A DNA stretch of 63,578 nucleotides, counting the filler, from Porpidia crustulata (taxonomy: Eukaryota): assembly GCA_964255105.1 (NCBI GenBank). It is 4 parts of 4 records of this genome, joined end to end, with 100 filler letters (N's around TTAATTAATTAA, not from the genome) between each part and the next. Parts side by side here need not be neighbours in the genome. Positions count along the whole stretch, not along the records: positions 1 to 15,899 come from CAXUWE010000279.1; positions 16,000 to 31,887 come from CAXUWE010000280.1; 2 more parts are not named here. One strand, given 5' to 3'. A program made the position numbers and the translations under genes. A model generated the notes under the pieces. That model made no database searches and was not told where the DNA came from. It was given only the letters and a program-made list of their open reading frames with translations. This document shows, in pieces, positions 13,367 through 27,327 of the stretch. Every line of letters starts with the position of its first letter. Positions within the stretch are counted from its first letter, which is position 1.

Positions 13367-13966
13367 GTTTTAGTAGTTCATCGAAGTTATGTTATAACGC
13401 AGGATTAGGGTGGGTTTGATATGGTCTCTGGAAACCAATAGGCGTAACTATGATAGCGCACAGCGCCCTACATGCATCGCAAGCGCTGGCGTACGTTCGA
13501 AGTCGGGTATGATATGAAAAAGGTTTGTAGATACTATGCATGTCTACAGCACGATTGGGTCACTTCACAAGCATCAGTCCTTAAACCTGGTGCTATGCGG
13601 AAAATCATTCAATTGTGGTAACAAAGTGCTGACGTTGCGTCAGATAGTTTGGTCATAAGAGATGTTTTGTTTTACAGTGAAGCGTTCTGGTATGATTGAA
13701 TGTAATCATCGTTTCTCCCGCATCAAACATGCAATAATCCACGAAGTTTCACTATGGGCCCTGTTCCTTCCTCTCTGGACTCCCAGTCATCAAGTCCTTC
13801 CATATTCTCTAACTTGTCAATTCATTCCTTCCTCTGATGCATCATTTTCTCTCCATTCATCTTTTCCAGCGTCATATACAAATACCTCTGCCTCTAACCT
13901 TCAGATAGCTCGACCACTCCCCTAATTATCCTATTCCTGATTTTTATCTTTCATAAATAGGTACCT

Positions 13967-15320
13967 ATGTTCGCTACGATCCCTCAGCGCGAGCAATCGC
14001 TCACTGTGGTTCATGGTACCCGCCGTCGCCGACGCCGAGGCCCAGGAAGCAATGTGACTTCTTCCGCTGGTCGGGATGCGAGCGCAAGTGATGAGGTGTT
14101 TGCAGTGACGGATGCTGCAGAAGACAAATACGGCATGTTCAATGGTGAATATTCTCTAAGTCCAAGACCTCGTTATGCAGACGTCGATTCTAAACCCGAC
14201 TACAGAGAACCGATTTGCGTTTCTGTCTTCAGCAGAGCCAGCGCCTGGAGCAATAGCGGACCAAAGCGCTGACAAGCTGTCACGGCCGACGTTAGCCATT
14301 GCGTCTGTGGAGCCAAAATATACGGCTTCTTTCACCACGGAATCCACCAAGAGCAAGCGGCGTCGTCGCCCAGCAAAGCGTGAGCTGCGGATTCCGCAAG
14401 TCGAACCATTGATACTACAACCAGCTCCCAGCTTTGCGCCCAAGGTAGCTGAGTTCGGGACTCTTACTATCAAAGAATGGCCTGGTATGGAAATATTGCC
14501 TCCCGCTATGATAAAGCATAATATCAAAGAGCTAGCCAACTATGAGGTCCAGCCTCTCAAACAACCACACACGGCGGCAACTAATCCCCACCTACTCCCA
14601 CATTTGTTTCCGTCTATTGCCCCATTGACCAATGCCGAGCCATCGTGGACATCGCCTACGCCGCCAGCCAGAGCTACCGATGGACCTACCATATTATCTC
14701 CTCACGGCTCCATTCCTGCTACTCCCTTGACACCACCTGCCACGCCACCTTTAGCGATGTCCGCGGCTGAATCTGCCAAACTACCATCAGTCATAGCGGA
14801 AGCTTGGCCAGGTCTTTTCGCAATGTCCTCAGACAATGCATTGCCGGAAATTGCAAACGAACCGATGGCGCCAGCGACTAAAGACCGCAAGTCGAGATTT
14901 TTTCCGCGTTCCACAACCATCGTACCTTTCGCTACCACCGAAGCCACCACCTCTGAGCACAATACAAGCCACGTCATTGAGACCTACAAGAAAGGAAGAA
15001 TGTCCCCGCCATCCCCGCTGGACCTCGTGGGCATTTCGCTGGCAAGTCCGATCCACGGTGATAGCCCTGTACTCGTACATACCGACACGAGCAATGATAC
15101 CCGAGGTGAAACCCGGAAGAATTCCGCATCGTGGAGAATGTGGGGCAACGACATGTCAAACCTGCGTTTGAAAACGGCTGGATTCATCAACAGTGAAACC
15201 TGGGCGTCGAAACTAGAGGAGATGGATACCGGCGCCGACGAGATTTATGAATTACTCGTAGGGGATGGAGATAGGAAGTGGAGTTTCGGGGAGGAATGGG
15301 AGGTTGTTGAAGTGGAATAG
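13967..15320 (+). CDS. Pro/Ser/Thr-rich hypothetical protein
   Basis: 381-aa ORF 14175-15320 plus a probable first exon from ATG 13967 (candidate intron 14096-14180). Pyrimidine-rich 5' region upstream. Confidence 0.55.
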
Positions 15321-15899
15321 GGGGGTTGATGGGCGAGAGATGACGGGGACGGGAAGGTCTAGGTGGATAAGAGCGAGGTTTTGAGTTAGTAACGTGAGAG
15401 ACTTGGCCGCCTGGCCGAAATTGGTTGGATTGATTTTGAAAAGGGGGCGAGGAAGTTCAGATTGGAAAGATTCGAGGTTGGAGACAAGGATGCAGTGGAG
15501 GTAGGTGATTATGGAGATTGGAATGGGGGAAGGTTAATTAGTATGCAATCAATTCATTGTGTCTGAAATGTTTCTCATGACCGGCGTGCGTGCATCCGTC
15601 TCGCCGATAGGTGTGTATCAATACCGAGAGCCAATCTTATGGAATTTCTTGTTATTGGCCTTGCACCGCAGGAATTCCTCTCACGCCCCGTACATCCCTC
15701 CAAGCACCTCACCCAGAACACCGAAACCAATCCATCGATTCCTCAACCACCGCCGAACCCCTGACATCATTAGTGTTTCCGCAATAAAAGCTCTTCAAAC
15801 TCCAGCACAAATCCCAGTCTCTCACTCCACCCAACCCAACCCATAAAAACCCTCCAACTTCCCAAGTAAGCACCCGCTCGCTCGCTCGCTGTCCACACC

Positions 15900-15999
15900 N
15901 NNNNNNNNNNNNNNNNNNNNNNNNNNNNNNNNNNNNNNNNNNNTTAATTAATTAANNNNNNNNNNNNNNNNNNNNNNNNNNNNNNNNNNNNNNNNNNNN
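15900..15999. other. Artificial contig spacer N44-TTAATTAATTAA-N44
   Basis: Exactly 100 bp; the 12-mer gives stops in all six frames; identical to the other two spacers. Confidence 0.97.
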
Positions 16000-17704
16000 C
16001 TTATCCTCCACTTGTCGCTCCTCCCCGTTTCCTCCTTCCACAATGATCTCACCTGAATCCGAAAGATAAGCTGAATCCATCGCATCTGTCATTGCACGCT
16101 CATACTCCTCTTCGTCCCGAGTGTGCGATGTAGTCATGTCAACGCTGTGAGGGAACGAGTGTCGTCGATATGATGCTGCAGACTCGGTACCTATATCGTC
16201 AAAGTTGATAGTCGTTGGTGGATTACGATAGATACTGTCGTTACCTGTCGCTTGGGGATGAGGAAATGTCCTTGCTGGCCGATAAGAACGGCCTTTCTTT
16301 TCCTTCATTGGCCCCCTGAGATACGGCTTAGAATTCCATTCCCGTTGAATTACGCGACCTCCTGGAAATTCATTCCAAGTGTTCAATGAACGAGCTACGA
16401 CCTCTAGACCAGGGAGATGGTTTACTGATTTAATGAAGTCAATAAAGTGATACGCATTTTTGTCTGGAAGTCGATTCCAGGCACGAGTCGGTACTGAAAC
16501 GATGACCAGGGTAGAATGACTTTCATATACAGATTCTATTCGCGCGTCTAGATTAATAATACCAGAGGGAGTATTGCTGGTCAGCCAGGTCAGCCACTCA
16601 GCATGGTTTTGGTGAGCATTGGTAGCAATCGACACTGCTAGGAGGACTCGTGTCGCTTGAGTCGATGCACTTCTGGTATTATTAAGTGTACTTTCCGTGA
16701 AATTGTTTCTGGGATCTTCGATGAACGCACCCGGAACATGTTCTCTAGGAACATCAAGGCCGGGGCTATCGTCCATGGAAACGTCCACAATCGGAAGCGG
16801 GGATAGCTGGATGCTGGTCCCACCGTGCTCTGACAGAAGCGCATAAACTGGTGTAAAAGCAAGTCTCCATCGCATGGTAACCAACCGTGCGTGAAGCATG
16901 GCTACACTGAAGGGAACAGTACCGAAAGCCCGAAGTTCTTCGATAAGTGCTGAAGTGAAGGACCGTATACCTACACCCGAGGTTGGATTTTCCCGACCAC
17001 AAGCGGCAAGTATCTCTTTTGTGCTCCCATAGGTGGTGTCTCTTGCTGCATTTGCGGCAAAGCAGCAGTCAAGGATAATGAGTATATGAGGAATTGCATT
17101 CTCCAGTAAGTGTTGCAACGACGACCAGGTCAAGGACGGGCTATCAGCTTGCTGATTACTAAGGGCTTTCAGTATTCGAAGCCACTTGGTATGGTAGCTA
17201 CAGAAAACAGAGTGATGAAACCGCGAAAGGAGGGTCGCATATGAGGCTCCATTTGCTGGTTTACCAAGTAGGAGAAAAATTAAGCCTGGAATGATCATGT
17301 ACTTACGCTCGCCAGATACTTCGACCTCGTCTATCGGCTTCTCCATGACCCCCATAATAAACAATTAGTAATTCGGACTCGTTTTGATGAGCATGCTGAA
17401 GTTCGAAGAGCTTATATTGCAGCGATCGTGTGGAATTGCTGCTCGGTATCTGCCATTCTTCGGTCTCAAAACGAAATTGTTGCTCGAAAACTTCTCTCAA
17501 TTGATCAATTTCGGATTGGACATTGAGATCATCTTCAGTCCATCGTAGCATCAAAACATATACAGCAGTGTACGGATGGGCGTTTAGAGGAAATGATTCC
17601 TTCAGAGCTTGATTCAGGTCATCAATAAACACTTGGAAGTGTTCCACGTGTTCATGGTCGAGTTTGTCTGGGTGGATTCTAGAGGACTCTGTGCTGGCAT
17701 ATCC
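16000..17704 (-). CDS. Caspase-like (peptidase C14 fold) domain protein, 3'-truncated at the contig edge; 5' exon unresolved
   Basis: LLIVYYGGHG (His) and ILIILDCC (Cys) dyad motifs, joined across a GT-AG intron (~17306-17159: WRA|NQQADSPSL). Also EILAACG..SFTSALIEEL. Confidence 0.8.
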
Positions 17705-18969
17705 CTAAGATCCCGGATCAGCATATAGAAGATATTACCGAGGTTCCATGGTCAGAAGACAAAAGATTTCGCTTTGGCGCTATGGGCCTTTCGGAAGTGG
17801 AGCGAGATAAAGGAGGGCGGTCTGATCCTTCAGCCTGATAGTCCAAAAGAAGCAACGGAAAGCAAGCTTTTGAATTCAATTTTGTGAAAACCGTAACCTC
17901 ACAGACAGGACTTGGATATTTGACAAGACTGCCGTAATGACAAAGGAATCGATCGTGCAAGGCGCTCGAGCATCAGGCAATAGCACAATTTTAAAATCCA
18001 CTCACTGAATCATCGGTAGAGCTCACGTCATCCATCGCCACACTTTAAGCAACACTCTTCGTATATCTAAGGTAAGAACATTGTAGCTATGACAAGAAAA
18101 ACAAAGGGAGATAACTGGTACTCGTAGATGTGCAACAAACTCTTTCTTTTCGTCTTGAATTGCGCAGGCGAGGCTGAGCAGGCTGCTGCAGGTTACACGG
18201 CGATAGCGGTCCAGAGCTCAGAGTGGCCATCGATATTTCCAATACATGCGAGGCCACCACAGCCTTTCCATCTCTCCTACGACACATTGCTTCGTAGATG
18301 GGCTTGCTTGACGGATAAGGCATTCATGAGAAAGACATGGCGTTCCCACCAAGCGCCTACAACTTTCACAGTAATCGGTTGGTTGGTAGCAGGCTGACAA
18401 ACTCCATTCGCGGAGTGTAGAAAACGAACCCTCCAGTATTTTACATGTAACAATACCATACGAGTAGCGCCCCCAACAAACCTCATGTTTACCTCCCTAT
18501 ATCTTCCACCAGAAGCCTCTACTCTTCATAACGAATGAGCTGAACATACACCTCCCTCTGTAACTGCTATTCACGACTTGTCCACCTCATCGCTCTTTCC
18601 CCATCTGCATCCGACGTTTAGTCTTTCCGGAAGCCCCAATATGATACGCATTCTGATTCTTGTTTCGGATACACTGTTTGACTATCTAAATTGAACGTAA
18701 ATCTACTACGGAACGAGTAAGTTGAGATGCTGAAATGTGAGCGGAGCGGTGGAGTAACAGGGAGGTAGGAATAATGGGTTAGGTAGTAAGCTGCACGATA
18801 TGTGTGGCTTGGCAGCGAATCTCGATTATTTGAGAATAAAGATCGTTCGTTTAATTCAAAGGTCGAAGTAAAGACTGCCAATCGAACAGTACAGCTGACT
18901 GTACATATATATCCATATTTACAAATGCGCTTCAACTCTCTTGTTCTTCGCCTCGCAACGTATTGGTTG

Positions 18970-20094
18970 CTACGCCAGCAAATAACTCGCGGCATGGTTC
19001 ACATGATCGTCTGCGAAGGAAGCCATGGTGAAGTAACTATGATCGTAGCCATCCTGCCACCTCACGTTCACTTTGCCCTTGCCCTTGCCCTTGCCGTCTG
19101 CCGCCTTGACGAAATTCTCTGGTAACAGTTGGCCCTGCTTGTAGAAGTCGTCGGCCGTACCCTGTAAAGTTCTTACGTTAGACTCGAGTTCTGAAAATCG
19201 GAATTGACTGTGAGAGCGAAGACTGAGCACGGGGAACATACAACGTCAATCAGCACATCCAGTGGTTCTCCGTTCCACTTCTTCACCAATTCTGTGGCAT
19301 CATGTTCCGCCCACTTCTCCTTCTCCTCCGTTCCAAAGTAACCCGAAAAGGCTTTCTGTCCCCACGGGCATTCCATAGGGTTCGCTATGGGTGCGAACGC
19401 AGAAACAGACTTGTACATTCCAGGGTTTTTTAGGAACTAGATCCGCATCACTGTAAGTAAAATACTTTACAGGTCACCTTCATCTCCCGGTAACCCACCA
19501 AAGTCAAAGCGCCATGACCGCCCATACTGTGTCCCATTATACTGACTCTCTTTCCATCGATCTGCGGAAAGTTCGAAAAGACGGTCTTGGGTAGCTCGGA
19601 TGTAACGTAGCTGTACATCTTGTAGCCCTTGGACCATGGCTCCTTCGTCGCGTCGACATAGAAGCCCGCGCCGGACCCGAAATCATAGGACTCGTCCTCG
19701 CCCTGAATTTTCAAACCTCCTACAATGGGGATAAATTAGTATCTTGGGTTTCACAGCCCATTTGAATCGCCATGAATGCTTCTCTCTCCCTCTCGGAAAA
19801 AAAGCACAACGAAAATGGCGACAGCTCACGTGGACTGGTATCGGGATACAGCACCGCTACGCCCTTCTCACTCGCAGCATGCTGAAAGAAGCCCTTCTGC
19901 GCACCATTGTCGCCCGTGCACGTCAGACCGGCAAGGTATACCAGCAGGGGCACCTTGTGCAGGGGATTCAGCGTCGCTTGGGGTGGTAGGAACAGGTTGA
20001 ACCCCATTTCGCAATTAGTGGTCGAGGCATTGTGGGTCAGCTTCAGCAATTTCCCACCGAAACTGGCGATGGTAGCTTTTGTTGTGACAGACAT
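18970..20094 (-). CDS. S-formylglutathione hydrolase (esterase D family)
   Basis: Multi-exon. Motifs [27 protein letters not shown], nucleophile [33 protein letters not shown]. Confidence 0.95.
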
Positions 20095-20492
20095 TGTGAG
20101 GACTGGGAATTTTTGGAGTCAACAATGGAGGGGTTGATGTTGAGGTAAAAGTGATAGACATGACGTGCGGGCGCGGGGATGATTCCGCCCACCGCCCCAT
20201 TGCCATCACCTCGCGAGGATTGGAGACATTAGAGACTGATCTCTCTTTCTGTCCCAATTGGCAGATTGAGGCATAGGCTACCAGAAACAAAGATTGATTT
20301 TGGGTATCCGCAATAAGAGCATACAGGGTTTGCCAGAGAAACACTCAGCATTGAACACAAAAAGCGCCACGAGAAGCATGCAAAAACATGCCGAAGGCAA
20401 CATCAAATGACAGATGGAATTTCCAACCAATGGCTAATAATACCAAGTGCGCAAACAATCCAATATAGAAAGTCTCAAAACACCATCCAATG

Positions 20493-23400
20493 CTACTCCT
20501 CACCGGAAAGAAACACCGGAACACCATACAACACCGGAGCAGCCCCATTTAGATACTTTAATATACAAGAGTCTCGTCCTCGGGCGACCGCTTCATTCAA
20601 AGACGAAGTCTTGCGTTCGATATTCCTGACCGTTGTAGTCTTCTTTCCGCCTCTTTGTTTGGCTCCTCTCTTCAACGCACTACCCGAGCATTCGGTCGGA
20701 GCCTCTTGAAGGAGGCCCCACTCCTCCAAAACAGTGTAAGAGAATCTATCAATATCTTTATCTGTAACATCCCATAATGTTGCCAATAAAGCCGGACATC
20801 CTGCGTGCATATAGTTGAGCGGTGTTCCGTATGGCTCGAACTCTCCGACTTCGGTCAATGTACCGCTGCTGCAGCCCATGAGCAGAGCAATGGAGCACTT
20901 ATCAAGCTTCTTAATAATACTTGAACGAATATACTGCCCGCCGCTACCATGTCCAAAGTAGAGGAACACAGCACGACTTTCTAGGTAACCCTTGATCTCA
21001 TCCTCGGATGGCTCACGTTCTATGATAGATTTCCAACCCGGTAATCCCTGTAATGGCTGGTCGAATTTGGCCTGAGTGGCTGCTAAGTCGCCTGCAGGAT
21101 TGAGCACGTACGCTCCACTTTGTCGATTGATTTCCCACCTCTCGTTTGAGGACTTTGCTCCTGCTTGCTGCTGCTGTCGTAGAATTCTGTCTCGAAGACA
21201 CCCAAGCGAAGGCAGCCTGGAGATAGCGAGACCGCTCATACAGGGGAGAGACTCCCAGGGAAAGCCATGTAAAGCCTTATCAAGTATGAGAATAGTGTGT
21301 TGGTTTCTAACACCACCCTTACTAGCCTTAGAAGCATGGTGATAGTGCCGAAGGGCGTCCAAGGTCTCAATTGCAATCTAGTATACGTCAGTATCGTGCC
21401 TTAAGCTATTAAGGATATCGAGTACCGAGTCGAAGTCGATTTCGTCATAGGCATTTCGTTCCCCGTTGAATTGGAGAATGTCAATCACGAAATAGAGCAA
21501 GTCCATTAAAGGCTCATCCAGATCGTCCATTCCATCGGGATCACCCATCTCGATAAAGAGCTCCAGAATTTGTGCGTCGAGCAAAGTCTCATCGGACTTA
21601 CGTCCATTGCCAGACTTTTGTCGGGACGGCAAATACCTGTTCAGGATGTTGTGTAAGGATTGCTGGAACCGGGACAAGAGGTCTGGACTGTGGGTTTCTT
21701 GTGTGAACACGCCTCGGAACCCACCGAGCCAGACACTCTCGATATTGATCAGCAGATCTTTGAGGCGAGTATCTAGAGCCGTTCGAGCCTTCCACCATTC
21801 AGATTTGGCTCCTTTGCGTGACATGTCTTGTGCACCGCGGGTAGAGTAATTGCCCAACCCAATGATATCTTGTAATTCATTTTTAGCCTGATTGAACCCA
21901 AAGATTTCTTCATCGGGATCTCGAGAATTGTGTCTATTCAGTGGCAGAGCAAGGATGAATGGAGTTTGCCCAGACCGAATCTTAGCTATTCTGATTTCCT
22001 CTTGTGATTCGCTCAACGACAAAGAGATTACATTCCATGACGCCGGGATTATATCAATGTAGTCTTTCTGGAAGTCAGCAAATCGCAGAGATTTGTCGAT
22101 TTGCAGGCCCTGAAGGGCAGCGCCGTCATCGTCCTTGGGCCAACCAATTATGTCTTGAGCAACGGCTAATTGTTTATCAACTTGAATTACTTGGCTTTCC
22201 CTGATCATAGCGACTGTCCTACTCAATTCTACACACGTTTAGTAAATACAACGTCCAGAAGCCTCGGAGCATCTCACCTGCCATGTAGACTGTGAAATTT
22301 GGACTTGTAGCAGTATATCGCCTCGAGTTTGTTGTGGCAGAGAGCATCATGAGCGTCTTTGTCATGATATCTGTCATCGAGTGCATATTTGCAGTTGTAC
22401 TAGCTGTCGCTGTTAGCATACATACTTTGTTGATGCTATCCTGCGCTTGACGAAGTAACTCGATGAAGTTGGCAGGCAAAGGACTACGCGATCGCCTTGG
22501 TTTTCGGACTGACGGCTTCAAAGGTCGATTCCTTGGAGGCGTTATAACATTGGGCTTTTGAGGGCTTTGATCCAGTAGACCTCCTGTAGATATTGTGGAC
22601 GGATGAGAGACTGTGGACTCAGGGAGAACGCTGAAAATAGGATCGCTGGCCATCTCCTCCAGTCCTTGGCGCAGACTCAGACGGGCGGCCACTAGTTCTT
22701 GGGAGATGTGATCGTGTGTTAATTCGGCATGTATCGCCGATTCAATTAGAAGATTAGCCGCCATCTCAGGATCGTGTCTATACATTGCTATGATAGCACG
22801 CTGTCGAAGAACATCACCTCTCAGTCGGGACAACGTGGACGTTGCGATGGTGGGCACCTTTTTGGAAGCCGAATCAGCTGATCGTGACTGCAGGACTGAC
22901 TTGCCCACAGGTTTTTTGACTGGCAATCGCCGTGTGGAACGTGGCCGCTGAGCTGACGTCTTGTCCTGCAAGTTCAGTTGGCGCATTTGAACCTCTATAC
23001 CATGAGAAATTGGCACTTGATGATTGAGACTATTGATAGAGCCGGCCGAAGTGAGGGCCTCAAGTGTCTGTTCGCAAAGAGCAGCAGCAGACTCTCCAGC
23101 GCACCAATCCCCTTGCAGAGTGTGCGTGCGTGATAAATACAGCTGTAGGGCAGCAAAGTGTCGGTCGCGTTGTAGAGACGATGTGACATCTTGAGCTTGC
23201 TCTAAAAGCTGAAGTCCTTCTCCATAATCTCTACTGCCGACAAGATAATTTCCGGATTGCGCTAACGATTGGCTCTTGAAATTGTCTGCTTTGACGGCTT
23301 CCGCAATTCTCTGACACTGCTCGGAGTAGTATTGTGCTTCGGGTAATAGCCCCTGACGACTATAAATCTCAGATAGGCGGTAGAGACCTTGGAATAATCG

Positions 23401-26400
23401 TGGTACGAGTATCCAGAGCAGTACACCTTGCAGAGCAGTATGAGTTGTAGACATATACTGCACGGAAGACTTGGAGATGGAAATTTCCGACATTAAATCT
23501 GTAAGCGCTTCATTTGAACGTTTTGGGCGATTCGGTATTGCTGCCTTGTTTTGTGAATGCTCCAAGATTGCCCAAGCTCGGCGGTTGAGTTTTACACTCT
23601 TTCTCGAGAGCAATAGTGCTCTCCAACTATGACCCTTCGCAGCAGCTAGGGATGATTGTAGTTCAGCTACTTCCGCAAGCATCTGGATCAATCTACTACG
23701 GTCAACGGAATTTGTCTTCTCTGTACTTGTGCATTGTGCTCCAGTTTCGAATTGGTTTTGCGCCTCGCTGAGGTGCTGTTCACTATTTCTTGTCAGCGAA
23801 ATTAGAAGCCAACGGTGATGTTCTCGGACCTTTTCCCGACGTTACCAATTTCTAGACTATATCTAGCATAGGCAAGATGCCAATGCACGTAGACTGCTGA
23901 TGCGCTGCCTCCAGTATCAACATATTGTTCGGCTTTCTGGAGGACCCGACCGGCTTTTTCAGGATAACCTAGTCTTACATACTGCGACCCAAGCGCAGAT
24001 AGACTGAGTATAAGGGCATTCGAGTTCGTGGTTGTCGCCGCTTCATATATACTGACGAGCACCTGTAATACGGATAGTCTTGTAAGGTCCAGTCCCTGCA
24101 TCGCGAGGTAATCTGAGAGAAGCTCAAGCTGACCCAGCCAACTAGACATGTCGCTTACTCGGGTCTGCAGCGATGCCCATTCATGATGCTCTTGTAATAA
24201 TCTCGACCACTCTGCGAGTCTGATTTCGATAGATTGCATGTTTGGGGTATCTGCACAGAGTACGAGAGATATGTCCCGGGAAGCGACCAAATGTGATGCA
24301 AATTTCTCTAAGCCTAGGTCAAACCGAAAGGATTTTATGTCTGATGACACAAGATGCTCGTCCAATATTTGATTAAGCAGCCCACCATCAAACGTCGTCG
24401 GGTGGGTTGACTGTATGTGGAGACCCTGATTTACAACACGGTAACGACGGATTGGAAACTCCGCCTTCGTATATACCTTTAAAATTGAGGACAGGAGCTC
24501 CTGGACAGCCACACGTAGCCTTTCCGATACGCCTTGCATGCGCACTATAGAAATCACAGCAATGAGCTGCTGCTCGAGCAGCACACCTCTTTCACTCGAT
24601 GGCAGCGTACTGTTGTCGAATATTAGGGATCGATACGACATTTTGTCATCGATCCTCGTTGTTGCCCTTGCATATGCAATTAATAGACGGCCAAAGAGAA
24701 GTTGGTCGCTGTCGCTGGTGAAGATCATTGACACAGCTTTGGCGGCTGCAGCTTTGGCTGCAACTTGAAGGCAGCCATTCTCTACCTGTACATGTAGAGC
24801 ATCCGCATACGTATCGGCAGCTTCTGGGAACTTCCGAGCTGATTCGTGTAGCAAGCCACACTTTTCAAGTTTTATCGGAAGATTTGCAGCGATCCTTTCA
24901 GCGAGAGAGCGTGTTTTGACGATATCTATAGATGCTTGTAGACTCCTACGCAGGTCCTTCAGATTCGTTGAAGATTGTTTCAAATGGAGATAACGATACC
25001 AATAAGCGTTGGATAACAGCACAAAGATGGAATAGTTAGAGTCATCCTTGGGTATGGTTGGGGCTCTGAGTGACCCGGAGCTGTCCAGGGTCACGGCAAG
25101 CCTCAGACAGTTTTGAAGTCCCCGCTCAATTTGCTCCCAGTCTTCCACACTGCTCGCGCTGGAACATCGTGCTAGTACAGAGATTGAATCAATGAAGGGA
25201 TTCGAAACTTCCTTGACCAGCTTCAAGCGTTGCAGATACCTGACCATTACCTTCTCCGAGCCCTCACCCGGGTCTTCGCCAATATACCGAACCAAGAATC
25301 GGACGCCGTGGAGCAGGATTTTGGAGCTCTGACCAACAACCTCCGCTGACCACATCTTCTCATCCGGCTTGAGTGATGTATATGCCTCACGTAATATTGA
25401 TGTCGCCGCTCTCCGTAGGCTCGATGTAGCCAATACCAGGTCGTCTAAATCTGTTGAGTCGCCTGATAGATCACCCTCAAGATCCCTAGCAACTCCCTTG
25501 AGCGTAGATAGAAGGCAATCTTGTGGCTGCCTTCCTATTCGAATCTGTAGAGCTGCCGTTCGACAAGCCAAGGCGCACGTGCGGGCAGGGGAGGCCCCAC
25601 TGCTTGTCGATATTTTGGAGGAGTTTGTAATCCAGTGTAAAGCTTCGTCGAGTAACAAGCTATCTTGTGCTACGTCTGCTAGTAGTTGATACAAGGTGAT
25701 TAGTGATTTATGGAGAGACGGATTCTCTGGGCATGCGATGATATCAGCGTGCGTGCAAAATGCTTCAAACGCGGCCTTTATGGTATTGTATTTTGCTTCG
25801 CAACCCATTTTGGAGCGTCGACGAAAGCACACTAGATACCGGGCAAGTGGTTCGAGTATCTCTTTTGCGACATCACCTCGATGCGTGGCTAGCTTCCACC
25901 ACTTCGAACGTATCTCCAGAGCTAGTAGTTGGACTTGAAGGGTAGGCAAGGGAGACATGCTCTGCAAAGTAGCCCCTCCGTCATCATCTGCGGACGAAAT
26001 GCTAGGGCAAAGAGACAACAATAATTGGGACAGCGACGCTAATTGCTGGGCTCCTTTGGCTCGCGATACGGACAGGTTTCTGTCTATTTGAGCTTCGATC
26101 AAATTTGCAGGTGAGTAAGGTACGGAAGGAAGGAGATGCTCAATCGCGGCCTCAGTAACCCTAGTATTGGCCTTGGAGGCAATGAGCTTGAGTGCTTGCA
26201 ATTGCGAAGAGATTACTAATGCTATGAGTGGTTGACTTGCACCCACGATCTGGATTCTGAGCAGGCCCGATAGTGTCTCCTTTTTGGAAGAGTCTTCTTC
26301 AGCTAAGGAAAGGCTTCGGCTACTCTTTACACCCCTATTCTCTAGTGGTGTGGATTTCGAAAGGATGTCCAGCCTGCCCTTCAAAATTCGAAGCTCTTTC

Positions 26401-27095
26401 ACGGCCAAATCATCAAGGCCCAACGCTATGAGCTTGCCGATCAATGCAGACATGCCAGTCTCTAGTTGAAGATAAGGGGTCTCGAGTCCAAGGGCTTTTG
26501 GCACATGTGTCGTTCGTAAGGTAGTAAATGCTATGCGTGCACATTCCGCTTGAGCTATAAGGCCTGCTCGGTCCCTCGAAATTTTGTCGGAAGCTGAGCG
26601 TCGCGATGGACGTGGTTTCTCGGGAGTGCTCGAAAGACGATTGGGACACAGTGGCTGTAAAGGTATGTGACTCCCGGCTTCATGATTTGTAAGGAGGGAG
26701 GAACTTGACGAGCTCCTTTTCATACATGGCTTGGTGCTTGGAGCGAGCGGAGAGGATGGTCTCTTGATAGCGTCGGTGAGGGCCTTTAGAGTTGTGTTGA
26801 TGACCCCGGTAGCAAGTTTAAGTCGTTCTTGTGGAGAGAAAATAGTCGTGGTCTCAGGGACCTCCAAAATCGCAACCTCGACTACTTTCTTAGACCTGTC
26901 ATACGGTGCCTTCGTATTTCGCGTACCCTTTGTTCCTCGGCCGGTGGTGGGAGGCTTTTTTTGTTGACCCAGAAACATCTTCTCTGGTAGCAGAATCGAC
27001 CTCAAGGAGTCTACTGTTGCTTGAGTACATGTTGCTGTTGACACCAGAGAACGATTGATATTTGCTGCCTCTGTTGGCAGCTCTTTACGGGTCAT
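20493..27095 (-). CDS. ESP1: Separase (peptidase C50; Esp1/Cut1/BimB ortholog)
   Basis: ~2100 aa over several exons. C-terminal catalytic motifs FPWESLP, SRLPS, YVLNPAGDL, YFGHGSG, LMGCSSG, LWDVTDKDID, LNGAAPVLYG. Confidence 0.95.
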
Positions 27096-27327
27096 AATAG
27101 TCGCATAAAGGATAAGAATTCAGAGAGAGATCTGGGCCCCAATGCGACGGCCATCTTCTCATACATATTCTGCAGCGTGGAGATAACTTGAAGTTGCAGC
27201 AGTGACTTCCTTGAATAAACAAACAATGATAGGGCTGAAATAAGCTCTCGGTAGAAATTGCCCCCATAAACATCGTGCTTGAACCGAGACCAAGTCTACG
27301 ATTTTCCCCTGATAGAGGCCTTCACCA

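Noticed and set aside
15944..15955. TTAATTAATTAA palindrome recurring about every 16 kb
   Set aside because: Synthetic linker within N runs; the periodicity reflects similar contig lengths.
15952..17364. 470-aa ORF as given, starting MFIMGVMEK
   Set aside because: Its first ~69 aa read through an intron and out-of-frame exon; the real N-terminus is in the 17303-17647 frame.
19075..19095. (GCCCTT)n hexamer repeat
   Set aside because: Short coding microsatellite giving GKGKGK in the esterase; unremarkable.
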